Source of the DNA: a virus
Taxonomy: Duplodnaviria > Caudoviricetes
Virus record (IMG/VR): IMGVR_UViG_3300042940_001225
Coordinates: 1 to 25,319 of that record
Direction: 5' to 3' (one strand)
DNA: 25,319 bases
Part shown: positions 23,025 to 25,319 of the stretch, piece by piece
Numbering within the stretch: position 1 is the first letter of the stretch
How the letters are laid out: each line of letters opens with the position of its first letter
The notes under the pieces: generated by a model
The model's input: the letters and a program-made list of their open reading frames with translations, nothing else
Databases searched by the model: none
Told to the model about the DNA's origin: nothing
Position numbers and translations under genes: made by a program

Positions 23025-24350
23025 ATGAGTGCTGAAGTAAATGATGCCATTAAGGCGTTAAATAAGACTTTTGCAGACTTTAAGGCTGCAAATGATGAGC
23101 GAATAAATAATGTTGCCAAAGGTTTTGACGATGTTATTAAAAAAGAAGAAGTTGACCGCATTAATAATGCGATTGACGATGCAATGGATAGATTGAAAGC
23201 AGTTGAAAATGCTGCAAATCGCCCTGCGTTAGCTGGAAGTGGTGAGCAAGAAAAAAACATCAAGCAAGATGCTCGTGAGTTTTTTGCTGGCGTTAATAAA
23301 GTTGAGGATTACAAGGTTAATGATACAGATTTAGAAACTTATCGTAATTATTCTGAGGCTTTTAATGTGTTTTTAACAAAATCAAACGCTATGGATAAGC
23401 CTGATATTCGCGCAACGCTTTCTGTTGGCTCTGATCCTGATGGTGGTTATTTTGTTCCTACTGTTATGTCAAATGATATTAAGAAACGCTTATTTGAAAC
23501 CTCGCCAGTTCGTCAAGTTGCAAGTAGTATAACAATTACTACAGACAGCATTGAATATCCTATTGATGCCGAATCTGGAAGTAGTGGCGGTTGGACTGAT
23601 GAAACCACTGCTCCTTCCACAACTGGAACTCCTAAAGTTGGCACTCAAAAGATTTATGTTTATGAGCAATACGCACAACCAAGAGCAACGCAACGCCTTT
23701 TAGATATGGCTACTATTAATATTGAGTCTTGGTTAAATGGCAAGATTGTTGATATTATGAGCCGCGCTGAAAACACTGCGTTTGTAACGGGTAATGGCGT
23801 AGGAAAGCCTAGAGGATTTTTGGATTATGGCACAACTTCATTAACCACAACTGATAAAGCAGGTCGTGCATGGGGTAAGTTGCAATATATCCCTTCTGGT
23901 GCTGCTGGTGGATTGCCTGATGTCAGTGGCATTACTGGGGCGGTTGATATGGACGCAATTTTTGAAATAATTGCTGCATTAAATCCCGTTTATCGTGCAG
24001 GTGCAATTTTTGCAATGAATCGTCAAGTTGAAAAGTTTTTCCGCACTCGTAAAGATGCGGACGGACGTTACCTTGTTGACTTAAATGTCACTCAAGGCGC
24101 AACAGGTTTTAATCTTGGTGGTTATAATATTGTTACTATGGAAGATATGCCTGATTTGGCTGGAAATAGTTTTTCACTTGCGTTTGGTAATTTCCGCACT
24201 GCTTATCAAATTGTTGATGGTCGTGGCTTCCGTGTATTGCGTGACCCATTTACTGATAAGCCATTTGTTAAGTTTTACACAACCAAATACACTGGCGGAG
24301 ATGTCGTTAATTTTGACGCATTAAAGCTAATGAAATTCGCAACAACTTAA
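23025..24350 (+). CDS. HK97-fold major capsid protein
   Basis: N-terminal coiled delta domain, SDPDGGYFVP, AENTAFVTGNGVGKPRGFL, FGNF..AYQIVD, LRDPFTDKPFVKFY. Confidence 0.96.
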   Translation: MSAEVNDAIKALNKTFADFKAANDERINNVAKGFDDVIKKEEVDRINNAIDDAMDRLKAVENAANRPALAGSGEQEKNIKQDAREFFAGVNKVEDYKVNDTDLETYRNYSEAFNVFLTKSNAMDKPDIRATLSVGSDPDGGYFVPTVMSNDIKKRLFETSPVRQVASSITITTDSIEYPIDAESGSSGGWTDETTAPSTTGTPKVGTQKIYVYEQYAQPRATQRLLDMATINIESWLNGKIVDIMSRAENTAFVTGNGVGKPRGFLDYGTTSLTTTDKAGRAWGKLQYIPSGAAGGLPDVSGITGAVDMDAIFEIIAALNPVYRAGAIFAMNRQVEKFFRTRKDADGRYLVDLNVTQGATGFNLGGYNIVTMEDMPDLAGNSFSLAFGNFRTAYQIVDGRGFRVLRDPFTDKPFVKFYTTKYTGGDVVNFDALKLMKFATT

Positions 24351-24363
24351 GGAGTAAATAGAT

Positions 24364-24834
24364 ATGACAAGCAGAGATTTAGTATCTAACATTAAACCAG
24401 TGGTTCACGTTGTGAACGCTGCAATTACGGCAACTAATACTCCAACAAATGGCGTTGATACGGCAGGATTTGAAAGTTTGGTTGCGCTTATTAACGTTGG
24501 CGTGGTTACTAATATTGCCAATTCTCCACAGCCTTCGTGGACATTTAAGTTTCAAGAAAGTAACACTGTAAATAGTGGTTTTGTTGATGTGACTGATGCG
24601 GATAGAGTGCTTATTGGCTCTTCTTTATCGCCAGTAACTACTCCTAATTCATCAACTGGCGTGTTTTTAACTATTGACAATGCTGCCGAAGATGCTGCGG
24701 TATATGCGGTTGGATTAATTACTTCTAAACGTTATGTTCGGGTTGTGGCAACTGCTGTAAATACTCCGGGTAGCACGCCTTATGCAGTAACAATGATACT
24801 TGGTAATGCAAATATTTTACCAACTACACATTAA
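24364..24834 (+). CDS. Probable head decoration or virion structural protein
   Basis: Follows the capsid gene, AGGAG RBS; GVDTAGFES, beta-rich, KRYVRVV motif. Confidence 0.72.
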   Translation: MTSRDLVSNIKPVVHVVNAAITATNTPTNGVDTAGFESLVALINVGVVTNIANSPQPSWTFKFQESNTVNSGFVDVTDADRVLIGSSLSPVTTPNSSTGVFLTIDNAAEDAAVYAVGLITSKRYVRVVATAVNTPGSTPYAVTMILGNANILPTTH

Positions 24835-24840
24835 CATTAT

Positions 24841-24868
24841 AGGGAGGGTTTGCGCCCTCCCTTTTTTT
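24841..24868 (+). terminator. Intrinsic terminator
   Basis: AGGGAGGG-tttgcg-CCCTCCCT followed by a T run. Confidence 0.85.
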
Positions 24869-24877
24869 GAGGTTATT

Positions 24878-25204
24878 ATGAAAATACAAGTTATTAAGCC
24901 GTTTAAGTGGTGTGTTAAAGGCAATATTCACCCTTCTGATTTTATTAAAGGAGTTTATGATGTTGATAGCGATGTTGGCGAAGGTGCTATTGGCGCGGGG
25001 TGGGCTTTACTTACTGATAATAATAGTGAAGCGCAAAATATTGAATTGCCACAAGATATTATTTCAGAAACAGAGGGTTGGAATACTGAAAGCCCTTTTA
25101 CCGAAAAGGCTGGGAGCGAGTTATCTGCATCGCAACAGGAAATAGCCTCACAAGAGAAGATTGCAGAAAAGCCGAAGAAAAAATATTCGAAGGTTGGCGA
25201 ATAA
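24878..25204 (+). CDS. Small head-module protein (start MKIQV)
   Basis: GAGGT RBS; KPFKW...KGVYDV...AIGAGWA. Confidence 0.72.
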   Translation: MKIQVIKPFKWCVKGNIHPSDFIKGVYDVDSDVGEGAIGAGWALLTDNNSEAQNIELPQDIISETEGWNTESPFTEKAGSELSASQQEIASQEKIAEKPKKKYSKVGE

Positions 25205-25319
25205 TATTAATTAATGATGCTTGGAAGATGTGCGAGCAAGCGCACGTATTATATGCTTGTGATGGTGATTGGTGGGTTCATAATAATGGCTTGCCTAATT
25301 TGCATATTGAGAAATGGAC
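25090..25319 (+). CDS. Start-less open frame encoding a GT29/MAF-like (G-P/N-S-L) domain, partial, probably reached by a -1 frameshift
   Basis: Manual translation KPFYRKGWERVICIATGNSLTREDC...RIILINDAWKMCEQAHVLYACDGDWW..., open to the window end; in-frame TGA at 25087-25089. Confidence 0.7.

Noticed and set aside
24912-25145. 77-aa alternative-frame ORF over the frameshift site
   Set aside because: No RBS or motif; the -1 frame is the one carrying a recognisable domain
1-25319. Stop-codon reassignment, diversity-generating retroelement, retron, intron or intein
   Set aside because: Core genes are intact in the standard code; no reverse transcriptase, A-specific repeat pair or splicing motifs were seen

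Overview
AT-rich, gene-dense segment of a tailed dsDNA phage or prophage with an HK97-type head module. An alphaproteobacterial host is inferred from the DnaB and SSB sequences. From left to right it contains: (1) a tRNA-Pro(UGG) preceded by a ~300-nt ORF-free, densely base-paired region with its own promoter; (2) a DUF3310 gene between two identical 67-bp promoter-containing repeats; (3) a PNKP-type 3'-phosphatase and many small early or membrane genes; (4) a recombination/replication block (Cdc123/R2K-like ATP-grasp, VRR-NUC nuclease, truncated beta-clamp homolog, SSB with an extended tail, Rad52-like annealase, replication initiator with iterons, DnaB); (5) another leftward early operon; (6) HNH, a cos-like region, TerS, TerL, portal, ClpP-type protease, major capsid protein and downstream head genes. 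Three divergent promoter regions organise transcription. No integrase or CI-like repressor is visible in the window. The strongest leads are the candidate phage ncRNA, a predicted -1 frameshift fusing a head-module protein to a start-less GT29/MAF-like domain, the Cdc123-like ATP-grasp gene, and the non-canonical tRNA-Pro. All family assignments are from motif recognition by eye; no database searches were run.
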